Positions 36,782-50,440 of a DNA stretch of 64,000 nt are shown here, piece after piece. Source of the DNA: Octopus bimaculoides (Eukaryota); assembly GCF_001194135.2 (NCBI RefSeq), contig NC_069000.1, positions 21,672,674-21,736,673 on the forward strand, written 5' to 3'. The notes beneath the pieces were generated by a model that had not been told where the DNA came from, made no database searches, and worked only from the letters and a program-made list of their open reading frames with translations. A program made the translations under genes and the position numbers. The stretch's first letter is position 1. Each line of letters opens with the position of its first letter.

Positions 36782-38409
36782 GTCAGTTAACTTTAAGATC
36801 TACATTTAGAATGGTTAAATGTAGTAGTAACTACCAGCAGTTACTGAGTTGGGGGGATGGTGGAATGTTAACTTATTGCCAACAGCATTTTAGGAATATA
36901 TAATAACAGTGTATAGTAGACACTACATATATCTATCAGTAAGTATTAATTAACTGAAACAGTTGATTCATTGCCAGCAGAATCTATAATTAGATCACCT
37001 GTATCTAGTGGTCAAAGCAGGTATTGCCAACCAACAGCTGAGGTCTGGAGAGGGTTTGTTATTGTTGATGTATTTATGTCATAGTCTTACAGACTAATTT
37101 GGTTTCAGTTGGGATCATAATATATCAGAATTAATATATGTTGTCTTGTTGGTAACTGTCATTGAATACTGATGTTGTTTTGAAGTAAATTTAGAGCACA
37201 AAGATACCCATTGAAAGAAACATTTGTTCATCAGTTCAACCATGGGTTCCTGTCTTCATTGTGAGAACATGCCTTAATATTTAGTATCTATTAAGATGGT
37301 GAGCTGGTAGAACTGTTTGCGCACTGGGCAAAATGATGAGCAACATTTTGTCTGTCTTTATGTTCGGAATTCAAATCTCGCTGAGGTCAAGTTTGCCTTG
37401 CATCCTTTTGTGGTTGAAAATTTGAAACCAATATTTAGGACTAATTAGCAGTGAAACTGTCTTCAGTAAACTTCTACTCTCAAGATGCATTGTAAATGTC
37501 TCATCATTCTCTCTCTCTCTCAATGGTTCTGTGTCATTACTCCAGCTCTTGTACCACTGTCTCTCTATCAAATGTCTTGTACCACTGTCTCACTAAAGCT
37601 GGAAATAAATATCTTGTAACTATTTTTAAGATTATCTTTTAAAGATGTCATAAGTTCAGTGATGGATGTGCTGTTCTAAAATTTAACAAAGGCATTCACA
37701 TTTCTCAATGGTTTAAGTCTTTCATGTTTGTAACTACTGGCATATCTTTTCTCTCCATAACTGTGACTCTCTGTCAATTTTTTATGATATACATTAATTT
37801 ATGAGTTAGTGAGGAAGCCTCTATGTAGTTGCTCAACTTGCTAGGAATAGTAGTCAGTTTTTCATAAAACCACACTCTACTATCTTAGAAGAAATATTAA
37901 ATATCTAGAGTATGCTATTCCTAAAAAGAAAAAAATGGTATGTCATAGCTGGGATGGCTTTGATCGTAGGTCTGCTCAGTCAAGGCTGACCTGGGGCGAA
38001 ACAACAAACTATACAATTCCATCCTGAACAATAACAGCATTGAACTCCATAGTTTATGAAGGCCTGCCAAGACCATGGTTAGTGCTACTCTTCCTTGGAC
38101 TGAATAATAGTCAATTAAACAAAAACAACAAATCTAAATGCTGTTTAGAATATGTTATCTGTCTTCAGTGCCCCCTTTCACTAAATGTTTATTTAAAAAA
38201 TACATCCTCTCCCTATGTCTTGCATAGATAAAAAAAAAAACAACCCCAAAAACTCTCCTTCCCATAAGTTAATTTTGCACTGTAGTTTATTGTCCACGTT
38301 TTCTTATAGTACATATCATCCAACATGTTCTCCTTTTTAGATATTTGTATGGGCTATGTTAAGTATATTTTCCTGGATTTTGGCACATCATCAGTCATGT
38401 TTCTGCTCA

Positions 38410-38815
38410 GGCACAGACATGGCTGTAGCATAAGAAGCTTACTTCCCAACCACATGATCTTCAGTTCAGTCCTACTGTGTGGCATCTTGGACAAGTGTCT
38501 TCTGCTATAGCCCCAGGTTGATCAAAGCCTTTTGAGTGGATGGAAACTGAAAGAAGCCTGTTGTATGTATAGGTTGTATGTGTTACTGCCTCTTTGCTTT
38601 GATTTCATATGATAGTTGTAAATGAACATCAGCGTCATGCAAATGATTTCCTTCATTTCCAGTCTTCCATGAAAGCATGTTTGGTCATGGGGAATATTAC
38701 CTCATGTGAAACAGGTGAAGTTGGCGACAGGAGGGGCATCCAGCTGTAGAAAATCCACCTTAACATTCCATTTGACCTATCAAAGCATGAAAAAGTAGGC
38801 ATTAAACAATGATGT
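38410..38815 (+). mobile_element. CORE-type SINE family A with an alternative tail
   Basis: Family head and CORE block. Tail ...gggcatccagctgtagaaaatc...cattaaacaatgatg resembles the RTE 3' UTR. Confidence 0.75.
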
Positions 38816-40489
38816 AGCAGGTTTAAGTAAATTATTTTAAAGAAAAACTAACCCTTACCCATCAATCTCGCCCTTGATATTTTCTCCTATATCTAATACT
38901 GATTAGTAGTATAGACCCAAGAATATAATTTCATGGATAGGAACTTTATTTGTCATTGAAGTTGACATTGAATTCATTTTAATCTAATAAGGCTACATTA
39001 AAAGAAATTTTATTTTCTATGCAGAAAAATGTCACATTTGTTATAAAAGTGTAATTTTGAATATTGAAGTAGGAAATAAACACGCAAGCTGACATTTAAA
39101 TGACTTATATGTGTATAATACTATTATAGTCAACAACAGAAAAAATCTTTTTCATGCAAAATACATTTTTTTGTCTTGAAAGCCTCGGAATGCCTCAGTT
39201 TCCTCACCCCTGATTTAGTCAATTAGATCAACTATGGGGCTTCACTAGTAGTCTGTCCAGGTAGGTAACCTACAATGTTATTCTGAAAATAAACAGTCAC
39301 ATCATTGAAATCTTGAAGTGAAAGATAATGCATAATTAATTCAAAACAATCTCAATGCTAAAGGATGAAGATAGCAGGGTGAGATTTTAAGGGGACATTT
39401 GGTAGCTTTTTTTTTTTTTTTTGCAGACTGTGATAGAGGATTGGTTTGTAATATTGTGCAGTGATTGCTCATTGTGTTATTCCCTTGTTTGGTATGACTG
39501 AGATGATTGACACCTCTCACTTGCAAGGTTTTCTTTATATTCAGGTATAAAATCTTATTTACATATTGTGATCAGTATTAGCTACCAGTTGCTGACATTG
39601 TCATTGTAAAGTCATTTGCAACACATTCTATTGTTACAGAAGCTATATAATTCACACTTTACTGCATGCCATCATTACACTGCACTGTAGGCAATTGAGG
39701 ACACAAAGAGGTTAACTAAAACATCAAGAAGCGGGTTTGTAATCTATAAAGATTAGTGGCTTTTATTTAAAAAAAAATTCCCTGTATGTTTAAACAAACT
39801 AGAAATTATGTTTGTGTGTATATATGGCCAGACTTGCATGCGCGCGTGTGCACACACACACACACATTCTTCTGAGTAAATAAAATGAAAATTATGTCAT
39901 TCTTTTACTTTTGCGGCTGTCTTTTGTTGTCAAAGCACTGACTAATTACAAAAATGTGAAGTGCTTAGAAATATATAGGTCACAAACAAGACATGGAATC
40001 TACTTCATAAAGTACCTGTTACAAAATAATAAAAATAGCAACAACAAGAATAACAAATGAAATATGAAATAAAAATATAAATGCTGTATTGTTAAAACCC
40101 TTCTAGAACTTATTTCTTCATACAAATAGTCAGTTATTGGTTTAGTGTAGATCACCATTTGTCAAATTGAGATGTTAAAATTAATTTCCATGGGTGCTGG
40201 GAATTCAAATTAAACTTTACCTGCCTTTGAATACCACTTTAGAAAATTTAGAGCGAGATGCTTGCTATTTCAGTTTGTCATCAAACAAGGGTGTTGGACT
40301 AACAAAACGGTTGGGAGACAAAGTTGTAGGTTAGTCACTGGTTCACTATTGGCCAATCACTGCTTCACTACACAGCCAATCATTGGTTCCCTTTAGGCTA
40401 ATTTCTGGTTTGTTGTAGGCCAGTCACTAGTTCACTGTACACCAGTCACCAGTTCATTTCATTTTAATACTCAGATGTGGCTTGGTGCA

Positions 40490-40819
40490 GACATAGCTGT
40501 GTGGTAAGACATTTGCTTCCCAACTACATGGTTCCGGTTTCCATTCCACTGCATGACATGTTGGGAAAATGTCTTCTATTATAGCTCCAGGCTGACCAAA
40601 GCCTTGCATGTGAGTTTCATAGATGGAAGCTAGATGAAACCCATTGTGTATGTGTGTGTGTATACTGCCCAACTTTATAATACATCATCCTAATTGTATG
40701 TGCAGGTGTGGCCCACATGGTCCCGGGTTCAGACTCACTGCATGGCACCTTCCACTATGGTTTTGGGCTGACCAAAACCTTTTGAGTGTATTTGGTAGAT
40801 GGAAATGGAAGGAAGCCTG

Positions 40820-40862
<43 letters not shown>

Positions 40863-41060
40863 TCTCCCACCACCATTTGACAACTTGTGCTGGTGTGTTT
40901 ATGTCCCTGTAACTTAGCAGTTCAGCCAAAGAGATTGAGAGAATAAGTACCAGGCTGAAAAAAATAAGTATTAGTCAATTCATTTGACTTAAAATTTCTT
41001 CAAGGCGGTGCCCTAGCACAAGTGCAGTTAACTGACTGAAACAAATAAAAGAAAAAAAGA
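40490..41060 (+). mobile_element. Two tandem CORE-type SINE family A copies
   Basis: Heads at ~40490 and ~40700. Confidence 0.75.
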
Positions 41061-42049
41061 TAAGAGATAATACTAATTAATAATGTTAATTAGTATAAAA
41101 TCTGTTTTACATTGTTACTGTCAGTTTACTCAACTTTAGTGTAGTACTGGTATTAACATTTTATTAACTTCAGAGAAACACAAAGCCAGCATTGGTTGTG
41201 TTTGGACCATAGGACCTTGAGGCAAAATGCTATGAAGACTCCAACTTGGCTCTGTCTGTTTCTCATCTATGTCATCTCCTCCATGCAGTGAGGGAGCTTG
41301 TTTGTAATTGCCCAACAAATTATAAATAATAACCAAGTCTCTCTCAAATCACATTCTGCAGAATATATTAAGTAATGTAGTCTTTGATATCCTTAAAAAA
41401 AAGACAGGATGATCACAGCTGGAGTGCCCCTTATTTTCAATCTACTTGATCAACACTAACTTCTGGCTAAATAGTACCAATAACAACAACTCTACTGCAC
41501 TTTACCTAGTCCTAAGCTGGACAGTATTCAGCCTATTGCATATGGCTAATTTGTTTGGTGTTCATCATCATTTGTTTGGTGTTTAGGGGGTTGCCCTTAA
41601 CAAATATGGACTATAGCCATCCTCTTCAAACATGCGGTCATGTGGTCTTTTATTTTAAAGTCAATAGGTCGTTTGTGGAGATTGTTTTCTTTCACTCATT
41701 TTCTCTCTCCTCTCCCCTACTCGCTTCTCCACAACTCACTTCTCTCTGCCACTCAACTCACTTCACCTCTTTTCCCCATTCTCCTCTCCCTTTCTCCCAA
41801 CACCCTCATTATGTGATTATAACGTTCTGCTGATGGCGATCAGCTAGTTTTAGTATACTCTTAAGCTTTCCTGAGTAAACAATGATGCCAAGTAGAGACA
41901 ATATGTTATGTAAAAGTCAGGTATTGGACATTCCTTTCTCATCTGTAAGACTGATTGGTAAATAACTCTGTTTCATACTTGCTGTTTAATATTCAGGTGT
42001 GTATATGTATGTGTATTGTTTTTGGCTCTTTCTCTATATATCTTATTTT

Positions 42050-42385
42050 TTATCTTTTACTTGTTTCAGTCATAAAACTGAAACCATGTTGAAGAAATTT
42101 TAGGCAAATGAATTGACCCAAGTAATTTTATTTTAAGCCTGGCACTTATTCTATCAATCTCTTATGTTAAACTGCTAGGTTATGGGGATGTAAACATACC
42201 AACACTGGTTGTTAAGCAGTGGTGGAACATACACACTTCTTTCGGTTTCCATCTACCAACTCTCTCAAGGCTTTGGTTGGCCTGAGGCTATAGTAGAAGA
42301 CACTTGCCCAAGGTACCATGCAGCAGGAGTGAACCCAGAGCTATGTGGCTGGGAAGCAAGCTTCTTACCACACAGCCATGAGTGT
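42050..42385 (-). mobile_element. CORE-type SINE family A
   Basis: Reverse-strand head and tail. Confidence 0.8.
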
Positions 42386-43004
42386 GTATAGCACTGATTT
42401 GACTTGTTTTGTTTTCTTCTTTGAGACTAATGTTTTATCTCATGATTGTCTTTGTATGTTGAGAGAAATCATTATTTTAAATTGTGTAAAACTGATAATT
42501 CATATGAGTTAAGGGCTAAACCCTTATAAGTTGAGAGCAATTAGATCATCCTATTAAATTTGGATCACCTTGATCAGTGCTTTTTTTTTTTTTTACTGTT
42601 GTTGCTTATCTTTTAGTAATGTCTTTTCAATGCTCACCTCTCCAACATCTTTGCTACAATTCAACCTATCTCATTTCTAATGTTCATATATGTAGTATCA
42701 AGCTTTTGTAATTTAGTTCCGGGTAATAGTTTGATGTAGGTGACTACTTACCACAGTACCATCCTACTATAAGTAAATATTTGACACATCACCATTTAAT
42801 TTAAGTTATTCACCCAACCTTTAGCACATGGCTTCAGCCAATATCTTGTATACATTCTACATTCTTCATATTCATCCCTGTAGCTACTAGTTGAAATTTA
42901 TCTTTATAATTTTAGTTTATAGTCGTATTTTCTGTATAATCACATGCACGCGCATATATTAATTTCTCTGCTCGCAGGTAAGTTTACAAATTTTCACACA
43001 TGCA

Positions 43005-43325
43005 TGTGGCTGTGTGGTTAAGAAACTTGCTTTGCAACCATGTGGTTTTCAGTTCAATCCCACTGCATAGCACCCTATAGCAACAGGCTGACTAATGCCT
43101 TGCAAGTGAATTTGATAGATGAAAACTGTGGAAGCTGCTTAACTATTTAACAACATGTATTGGTCTGTTTACACCCCAATAACTTAATAGTTTGGCAAAA
43201 AAAGACTGATAGAATAAGTAACAAACTTAAAAAATAAAGTATTTTGGCCAACTTGTTCAACTAAATCCTTCAAGGTGGCATCCTGTCATGGCCACAGTCT
43301 AATGACTAAAACAAGTAAAAAGAAG
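43005..43325 (+). mobile_element. CORE-type SINE family A, decayed
   Basis: Head tgtggctgtgtggttaagaaacttgc and tail actaaaacaagtaaaa. Confidence 0.75.
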
Positions 43326-43536
43326 AGTAAATACTTGAAACTTAAGAAGGGTACTTTTGTATACAAATACACTGTGGTTGTTTGTTTTGCTTGACTGGCA
43401 CAGACAATCCCATATCATAATTGTTATACATGTCATAAAGTCATAAATCAGTGATTGGTCCATCCTGTAGCTCATAGCCTCTTGTGGTTCACCAAATACA
43501 ATTAAAAAGCAAAAAGAAAAGGCTTAACAGTTAAAT

Positions 43537-43875
43537 CAGGGGTTCTCAACCATTTTTTAGCCTATTGACACCTTTCATTATTGTTTTACTCTGGTGGACC
43601 CCATAGATATTCGGTGTTTAAAAGTAGTTTTATAGACACCTTTTTCCAAATGCGGATTTTGTTTTTCACCTGTTCACTTGTGTAGGTATGCAAAAGCACT
43701 CACTGAGAGAACATGTTCCAGTGGATAGAAACATGTTGAACTATTGTATAACATAAACACATCTAATACAAAAGTTTTTCATGGACCCCTAAAATACTAC
43801 CGTCGATCTTCAATTTATTACTTTGCTTGCTTGGATCCACGAAAATCTTATATGGACCCCAGTTGAGAACCACTG
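43537..43875. mobile_element. hAT (Charlie-like) MITE with a perfect 8-bp TSD
   Basis: CAGGGGTTCTCAAC...GTTGAGAACCACTG, with AGTTAAAT at 43529-43536 and 43876-43883. Confidence 0.92.
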
Positions 43876-44499
43876 AGTTAAATTAATATTTTAAAGAAAC
43901 AATTAACAGAAGTTAGTGCTAGGAATTTGACTGAAGGGAACACAGAGAGCTTTTTTTCCAGTAATGCCAACAATATATTCTAATATTGTTGGGCATGCTC
44001 CAGATAAAGCCTTATTAAACAGGCATCAGACAAACAACTAAAAGCAGTTGTTTTCATATTTTTAAGTGCTCATTGAGAGAAGAAAATATAACACTCATTA
44101 AAATGTTTCCTCTACATTTTTACTGTGGGTGTGCACAGAAATTTGTGCTGCATACATATTTTGTCTTTCTTTATAAAGTGTGTGTGCATTCATGCAAGAA
44201 ATCATTGCTCAGGTTTCTTCAATTAATCTGATTTCATCTTGCAAACTTTGTGTGCACACATTTTTTGCCTTTCCTAGTTGTAAAATGAGTGTATGCACAC
44301 AAGTACACAGCTTAGAAGGACCATTGCTTATGGCCACATATATTTACAGGGCATTTGAGACTGATGGGATGAAGACGAAAGAACAACCTTCAGCTAGAAT
44401 ACCTCGCTCAAATGCTTGCAAGAGAGTGATCTCTGCTTAGGGCACCCAAGGACCAGCTGGTGGGTTTAAATGAGGTGATGGGATTAGATCTACCACTCA

Positions 44500-46355
44500 G
44501 AATTCAAAGTGAAAAGAACCAGCATAAATACTGCATGGTATCTTGTCCAGTGCTTTAACAATTCTACTAACCTATCCACCTGGAGTGGCATTTTATTTTA
44601 TTGACTCTGAAAGAATGAAAAGAAATATTTTGCAGTTGGATTTGAACTTGGAATGCAGAAAGCCTGAAACAAATAACATAATGTATTTTGTTTTGTGCTT
44701 TAATGACTCTGCCAATTCACTGTTATTCTTGGCAAACTGTTTCATTATTGCTGTTAAATTATTTATTTTTATTTTTTTTTTTTTGGTAATTTTTGTCTTT
44801 TTTCTTCTGACTATAATAAATTTTGAGGTAAAACATTTGATCATGAACAAGCTGGATTGGTCAATAACTAACATTCTTTGCATTCTCTCTCTCTTCATTT
44901 CTGACCCCCCCCCCCCCATCTGGGATTAAGTCTACCATGCAAAATTCAAGGTGCAAAGAGCCAGCATAAATACTACATAACAACACCTCGTCAAGTGTTC
45001 TAACAATTCTGTCTACCTTTCAACCTGGACGGGCACTTTATTTTATCAACTCTGAAAGGACGAAAAGAAAAATTGACTGCAGTTGGATTTGAACTTGGAA
45101 CACAGAAAGACCAAATCAGATACCATGAAGTATTTTGTTCTCTGCTTTAATGACTCTGCCAATTCACTGTTATTTCTGGCAAACGGTTTCATTACAGCCA
45201 TTAAATTACTTGATACAGCAGGTGTGTTTTATGCTCGAGTGTTTCTCGAATATCACAGTATGCTCAATGCAATTCCTGAAAGTATGGTTTTTAAACTCCC
45301 CATTTGTTATTATTCTTAGGATGTTAACCTTGCTCAGCTGCTGTGCAGCAAACATTTTGATCTAGCTTCAGAATAAATTGCTGAAAATGTTTTTTTTTTT
45401 ATTTCACAACTCTGCGTTACGTAAATCAGGAAATATGAAATAAAACTGTAAGAGCTGCAACTGAAGTGGTAGGTCCTAACACCACATTCCTCTGAGAAAT
45501 ATTTCTGGTGCAGGGTGGAAGAAATACCTCAAGCATACTTAGTATTTTATTATAGAATCCAGAGACAAACAACAACAACAGTAATAATAAAGCTTTAAAA
45601 AACAAAAACAAAAAAAAAAACAAAATAAAAACATGCTCTAGTATTACAAAAAATTTTCTGAAGACATTCCAGTAGTGAAAAAATAAAATTAAAATATACT
45701 TATGGAACAAAAATTTTTTTTAAAAATAAGAACATTAAAAATTACAAAAAAAAAAAAAACCTACAAACCAACTACAAATAAACATTGTGATTAGAAAATG
45801 TATTTATAAAACACATTCTTTGAAAATGTCTATAAAGGCGGAAATTAGAGTAAGTGTATGCTTAAGGCAAAAGATGAATTTAGGTAGTAGGGTTGAAGAT
45901 GTGTGTGAGGGAGAGGCTAATGGTGTTGGGGGTATGGTACAGTGGGGGCGGTGGTGCTGGTTTATGTGTTGGGAGAGTGGTGAAATGTCTAGTTTACACA
46001 ATTGAAATAATGCCAAGTCCTATTTTAACAATATATTTTCCAATTTGCCAAGTGGGTAGTGTTGGAGAAGAACATGAAAAAATAAAAACAAAAACAGTAT
46101 CTCGTAGAGGTCTGCTCTATCAGTTCATTCACATAAGGTCGATAATTAAAATTTCACTTTCTTCCGACTTGATGAGACCTTTTTGTTTCTTTCGTATTTT
46201 ATTTTATCATGTTATTTTGTTATTTGTTTTGGTAATTTTTTGTCTTTTTCTTCTTGGCTATAATAAACTTTGAGGTAAGACATTTGATCATGAGCAAGCT
46301 GGATTGGTCAATAACTAGCATTCTTTGCATTCTCGCTCCTCATTTCTGATCTCTT
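44500..46355. repeat. Local mosaic duplication (A 44500-44760, B 44770-44920, A' 44941-45210, B' 46215-46355)
   Basis: Shared strings such as tgctttaatgactctgccaattcactgttatt and catttgatcatga(a/g)caagctggattggtcaataacta. Confidence 0.85.
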
Positions 46356-46960
46356 CCTCCAACCCCTTCTCTCTGCACATGGACAGACAATTGCAGAATA
46401 AGTAGAGTTGGACAAAATACCTTGTGATACTCCCTATGATTATCCATATCTTCTCTGTTATTTGTGTTGCAGTTGATTAGGTGCAGGCCATCTTTGGCAG
46501 CCCCTAGTTAATCTTAATACTACAGACCTAAGATCAAAAGCATTCCAGCCATGGCCATCCCAATATTTTTTTCAAGGGTTTTAGAATGTATCATGTCTCT
46601 AACTAGTTTCAGCTCAAGAACTGTGGCCATGCTGGGGCACCACCATTATCTGTGTACTTCTTTTCAAGATGGTAGGGTTTGATTTGAAGGAGATTTAGCT
46701 GCTGTTTCTAAAAGGTCAAGTTACCAAAAAGAAAATATCTCCGTTCATGCTTGAATAGATTTATGATAATGATTGACTGATTGGTCCGGTTGTTCAAATT
46801 ATATCGACTGAGCTAATCAAATACTTAGAATTAACCATTGACCCAGCATTCTGTGCGTGTGTGTGTGTGTGTGTAAATGTTTGTTTTTATGTTCAGTTAT
46901 AATAAAAACAATTTTACATTAATCTGATGGGTTACTCTATACTTTTGTAGTGTACAAATT

Positions 46961-47076
46961 TATTATTTCTAAACAAAAATGTTGTTGACAGTGACTTTGA
47001 AGTTTTGGCCAGTGATGGCTTAGCTGGCCAAAACTTCAAAGTCATTGTCAACAACATTTTTGTTTGATAAATAATA
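46961..47076. repeat. Near-perfect hairpin (42-bp core arms, 11-nt loop)
   Basis: 46971-47012 versus 47024-47065 differ at one position, which is a G-U pair in RNA. Confidence 0.95.
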
Positions 47077-47255
47077 TTTGTATATATTGTGTGTGCGTGC
47101 ATGCACACACACACACACACACACACACACACNNNNNNNNNNNNNNNNNNNNNNNNNNNNNNNNNNNNNNNNNNNNNNNNNNNNNNNNNNNNNNNNNNNN
47201 NNNNNNNNNNNNNNNNNNNNNNNNNNNNNNNNNNNNNNNNNNNNNNNNNNNNNNN

Positions 47256-47610
47256 TGGAGCACCACCTTTAGTCGAGCAAATCGACCCCAGGACTTATTC
47301 TTTGGAAGCCTAGTACTTATTCTATCAGTCTCTTTTGCCGAACCGTTAAGTTACAGGGACATAAACACACCACCATCGGTTATCAAGCGATGTTGGGGGG
47401 ACAAACACAGACACACACACATACACATATATATATATATACATATATACGACAGGCTTCTTTCAGTTTCCGTCTACCAAATCCACTCACAAGGCTTTGG
47501 TCGGCCCAAGGTTATAGTAGAAGACACTTGCCCAAGGTGACACGCAGTGGGAGTGAACCCGGAACCATGTGGTTGGTAAGCAAGCTACTTACCACCCAGC
47601 CACTCCTGTG
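47256..47610 (-). mobile_element. CORE-type SINE family A, young
   Basis: Near-consensus sequence. Confidence 0.88.
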
Positions 47611-47789
47611 CAGTTGTTGCTTAGTCCTTGGTCAGCCCTGTTGAAACTGATCATCTGATCTTTATTAGACATGGTATCTAATATTCTGTTCGAATTTATG
47701 GAGGTGGGGTTGTCATCCAACTGTATAGAAGATCCTTCAGTTTGTTACGCAGTTGATTAAAGGGGGGGGGGGTGTTGTGTTGTGTTGTA

Positions 47790-47990
47790 TGGAGTCAGTT
47801 ACAGTGTAGCAGTGTTGTGTGGTTTGTAGATGCAGTGCTATTATATGGGAATGTTGTGTGATGTATACATGCAACCTGGTTATATAGGAATATTATGTGA
47901 TCTATAGATCAGAGTGTGGTTATGTAGGAATGTTGTGTGGTTTATAGATAGTGGAGTTATGTAGGAATGTTGTGTACTAGTGTGTGAATG
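47790..47990. repeat. Degenerate ~37-bp tandem repeat (about 5 units)
   Basis: Recurring gttatgtaggaatgttgtgtg(g)tttatagat. Confidence 0.7.
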
Positions 47991-48392
47991 CTGCAGAATG
48001 TAAGTAAATTTTTTTTTTTTTTAAATATTAAGATGTGTTTTTGTGTTAAGTTATGTGCAGCCACTGTTTATTTGTTCACATATTCTTCTGTACATATACT
48101 GAAGACATGCACACACACACACACACACGCGTATGTTTATGTGCATGTTTGTGTATTCGTGTGTGTGTGTGTGTGTGTATACAGAGAAAGAGAGTAAGGT
48201 ATATGTGTGTCTGTGCAGACAGAAATATATACATTCAAACATGTACGTATACGCATGCAAAACATACCTACATACAGTCTTATATATTTGAAGATTTGTA
48301 CACTTATTACTCAGCATATCTAGGTATTTCTCTCTCTGTGTCTGTCTGTCTGTCTGTCTGCCTGTCTGTCTGTCTGTCTGTCTTTCCCTTAT

Positions 48393-48427
<35 letters not shown>

Positions 48428-48811
48428 AATGTTTTTATTTGTATATAGATAGGAGCACATCAGTTCATTACCATATAAATGTCAGGTTACATCTGACATA
48501 TTGTTTTGAGTTTTTTACCTGTTTGCAAAGTTGGTTTAGTGTAGGTAAGAACGTACACATTTATGTATTACACTACATCTCTCTTTCACATATTCCCTGC
48601 CTGTCTACCTCTGTCTATGTGTCTGTCTGTCTTTTTCTCTCTCTCTCTCTCTCTCTCTCCCCCTGGTTGTCTTTCCCACTCTCTTTCTCTTTCTATATAT
48701 CATTCTCTCTTTGTCTGCTTCTTTCATATTTGAGAAAATTGATGAGTATACTATATATCCTCCAAAAATGAAAATTCTTTCATTCTTCACTTAATTAAAT
48801 TTATTGTTACA

Positions 48812-48814
<3 letters not shown>

Positions 48815-48910
<96 letters not shown>

Positions 48911-48920
48911 TCTCACACAC
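48815..48920. repeat. (CT)n microsatellite
   Basis: Direct reading. Confidence 0.95.
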
Positions 48921-49174
48921 ACAGATATCCAAAATTTATGCATCAGCTTTTTGTAACTGGAACAGCTATATGTTGATATGTTTATGCATTTATTTATTCT
49001 TTTTCTTTTCATTGTTCAGCCAAGAACTGCCAGTAACCTTGATAGTTTGGAGTTTGACTGAGATAAGGAATGTAGTATTAACTTTCTGTGACAAACTTGA
49101 TATATTTTAGTAAATGGTTTTAGCTGTTGTAAGATATCTTTGTAAAACGTTTTGTATCTGTATATAAAGGGTAT

Positions 49175-49320
49175 AGGCATGGCCATGTGGTTGAGAAGTT
49201 TGCTTCTCAACCACATGGTTCCATGTTCAGTTGCACTACATAGCACCTTGGGTAAATGTCTTCTACCATAGCCTTGGTCTGACCAAAACTTTATGAGTGG
49301 ATTTGGTAGACACAACCTGA
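49175..49320 (+). mobile_element. CORE-type SINE family A 5' part
   Basis: Head and CORE block. Confidence 0.75.
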
Positions 49321-50168
49321 GATTATATATATTGGTTCCATTTGGACCTAGCAATACTAATAAACTGGTGCTAGAGCTCAATTTACATATGTCTCACAAT
49401 AAAGCATTAGCTGGGTACAGAGCGTTACATGAAATTAAACTAATGACAAAGGAACAAAATTATGCAATGAATTTCGTCATCTTACAGCTGTTTCTACTAC
49501 AGGGTGCAGTGTAAATATTAGGTATAGTTACATTCTCATTATGATCTGAAGTCTATTTTATTGCTATGTTGCACTGGAGTGTTTTCAATGGAGTTTTTAA
49601 AAATTTCATATCTATTTAAAATTTTTTAATATTTTTTTTTCACCACCATGAACAAATTCCTTTTTTCTGAAATAAAATGGAGTAACAGATGTTGACATAA
49701 AGAAACTTTCCTGAAGGTACCACAACCTTTATCATCTTACACAGTCTTTGTGTTATATGTGTGTGTATACACACACACACACACACACACACATGTATAT
49801 ACTTTTATTAAAGCTGCTAAATCATCACAAAAGCTGTTACTCAGAGTTTCACATTCCTGTTCATTGGACAGATGTGATGAAAACTTGCGGCTTTAATAAA
49901 AGCATACTACTCTGCCTTTGGTATTCAAATACTATTTCTTCCATCTTGTTTTACACTTATGTGCTCACCTGTGTGTGTGTATATGTTTATATATTTATAC
50001 TGGCTGACGTACCTGGGAAAGCAGGGCTTATCCCTTGGTTCCGTTCTCATAATTGTTTCAGTAATCCAATAACGACGGTGCAAAGTATGTAGCCCTTAAA
50101 ACAGTTTTTGTGCATTAACATAGAATACTGAATTGTCTTACACAGGATCTTGTTTTTAGGAATTCCCA

Positions 50169-50440
50169 ATAAGTTATGAATACCAAAATTATGAAGTCAG
50201 TTATGTAATAACATGAAATTACTTACCCGATAGTAAGAATTCAATTAAAGTAGCCTCAAAAAGGGCCTTAATGCATTCCCAGAATATACAGAACTTAGGA
50301 GGAAATACTAATAAGGTATGTAAACTAAAATCATGAAGCATGTTACGTAATAACAGGCTAATCAGATATGAGATAATAACAATTCAAAGTAAATAACTCT
50401 GTAAAGGGCTTTTATGTGTTCCCAAAGAATATTACCCCCA
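50169..50440. repeat. Two diverged ~140-bp tandem units
   Basis: aataag(t/g)tatg..aaaat(t/c)atgaag...gtta(t/c)gtaataaca...aaagggc(c/t)tt recurs twice. Confidence 0.6.
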
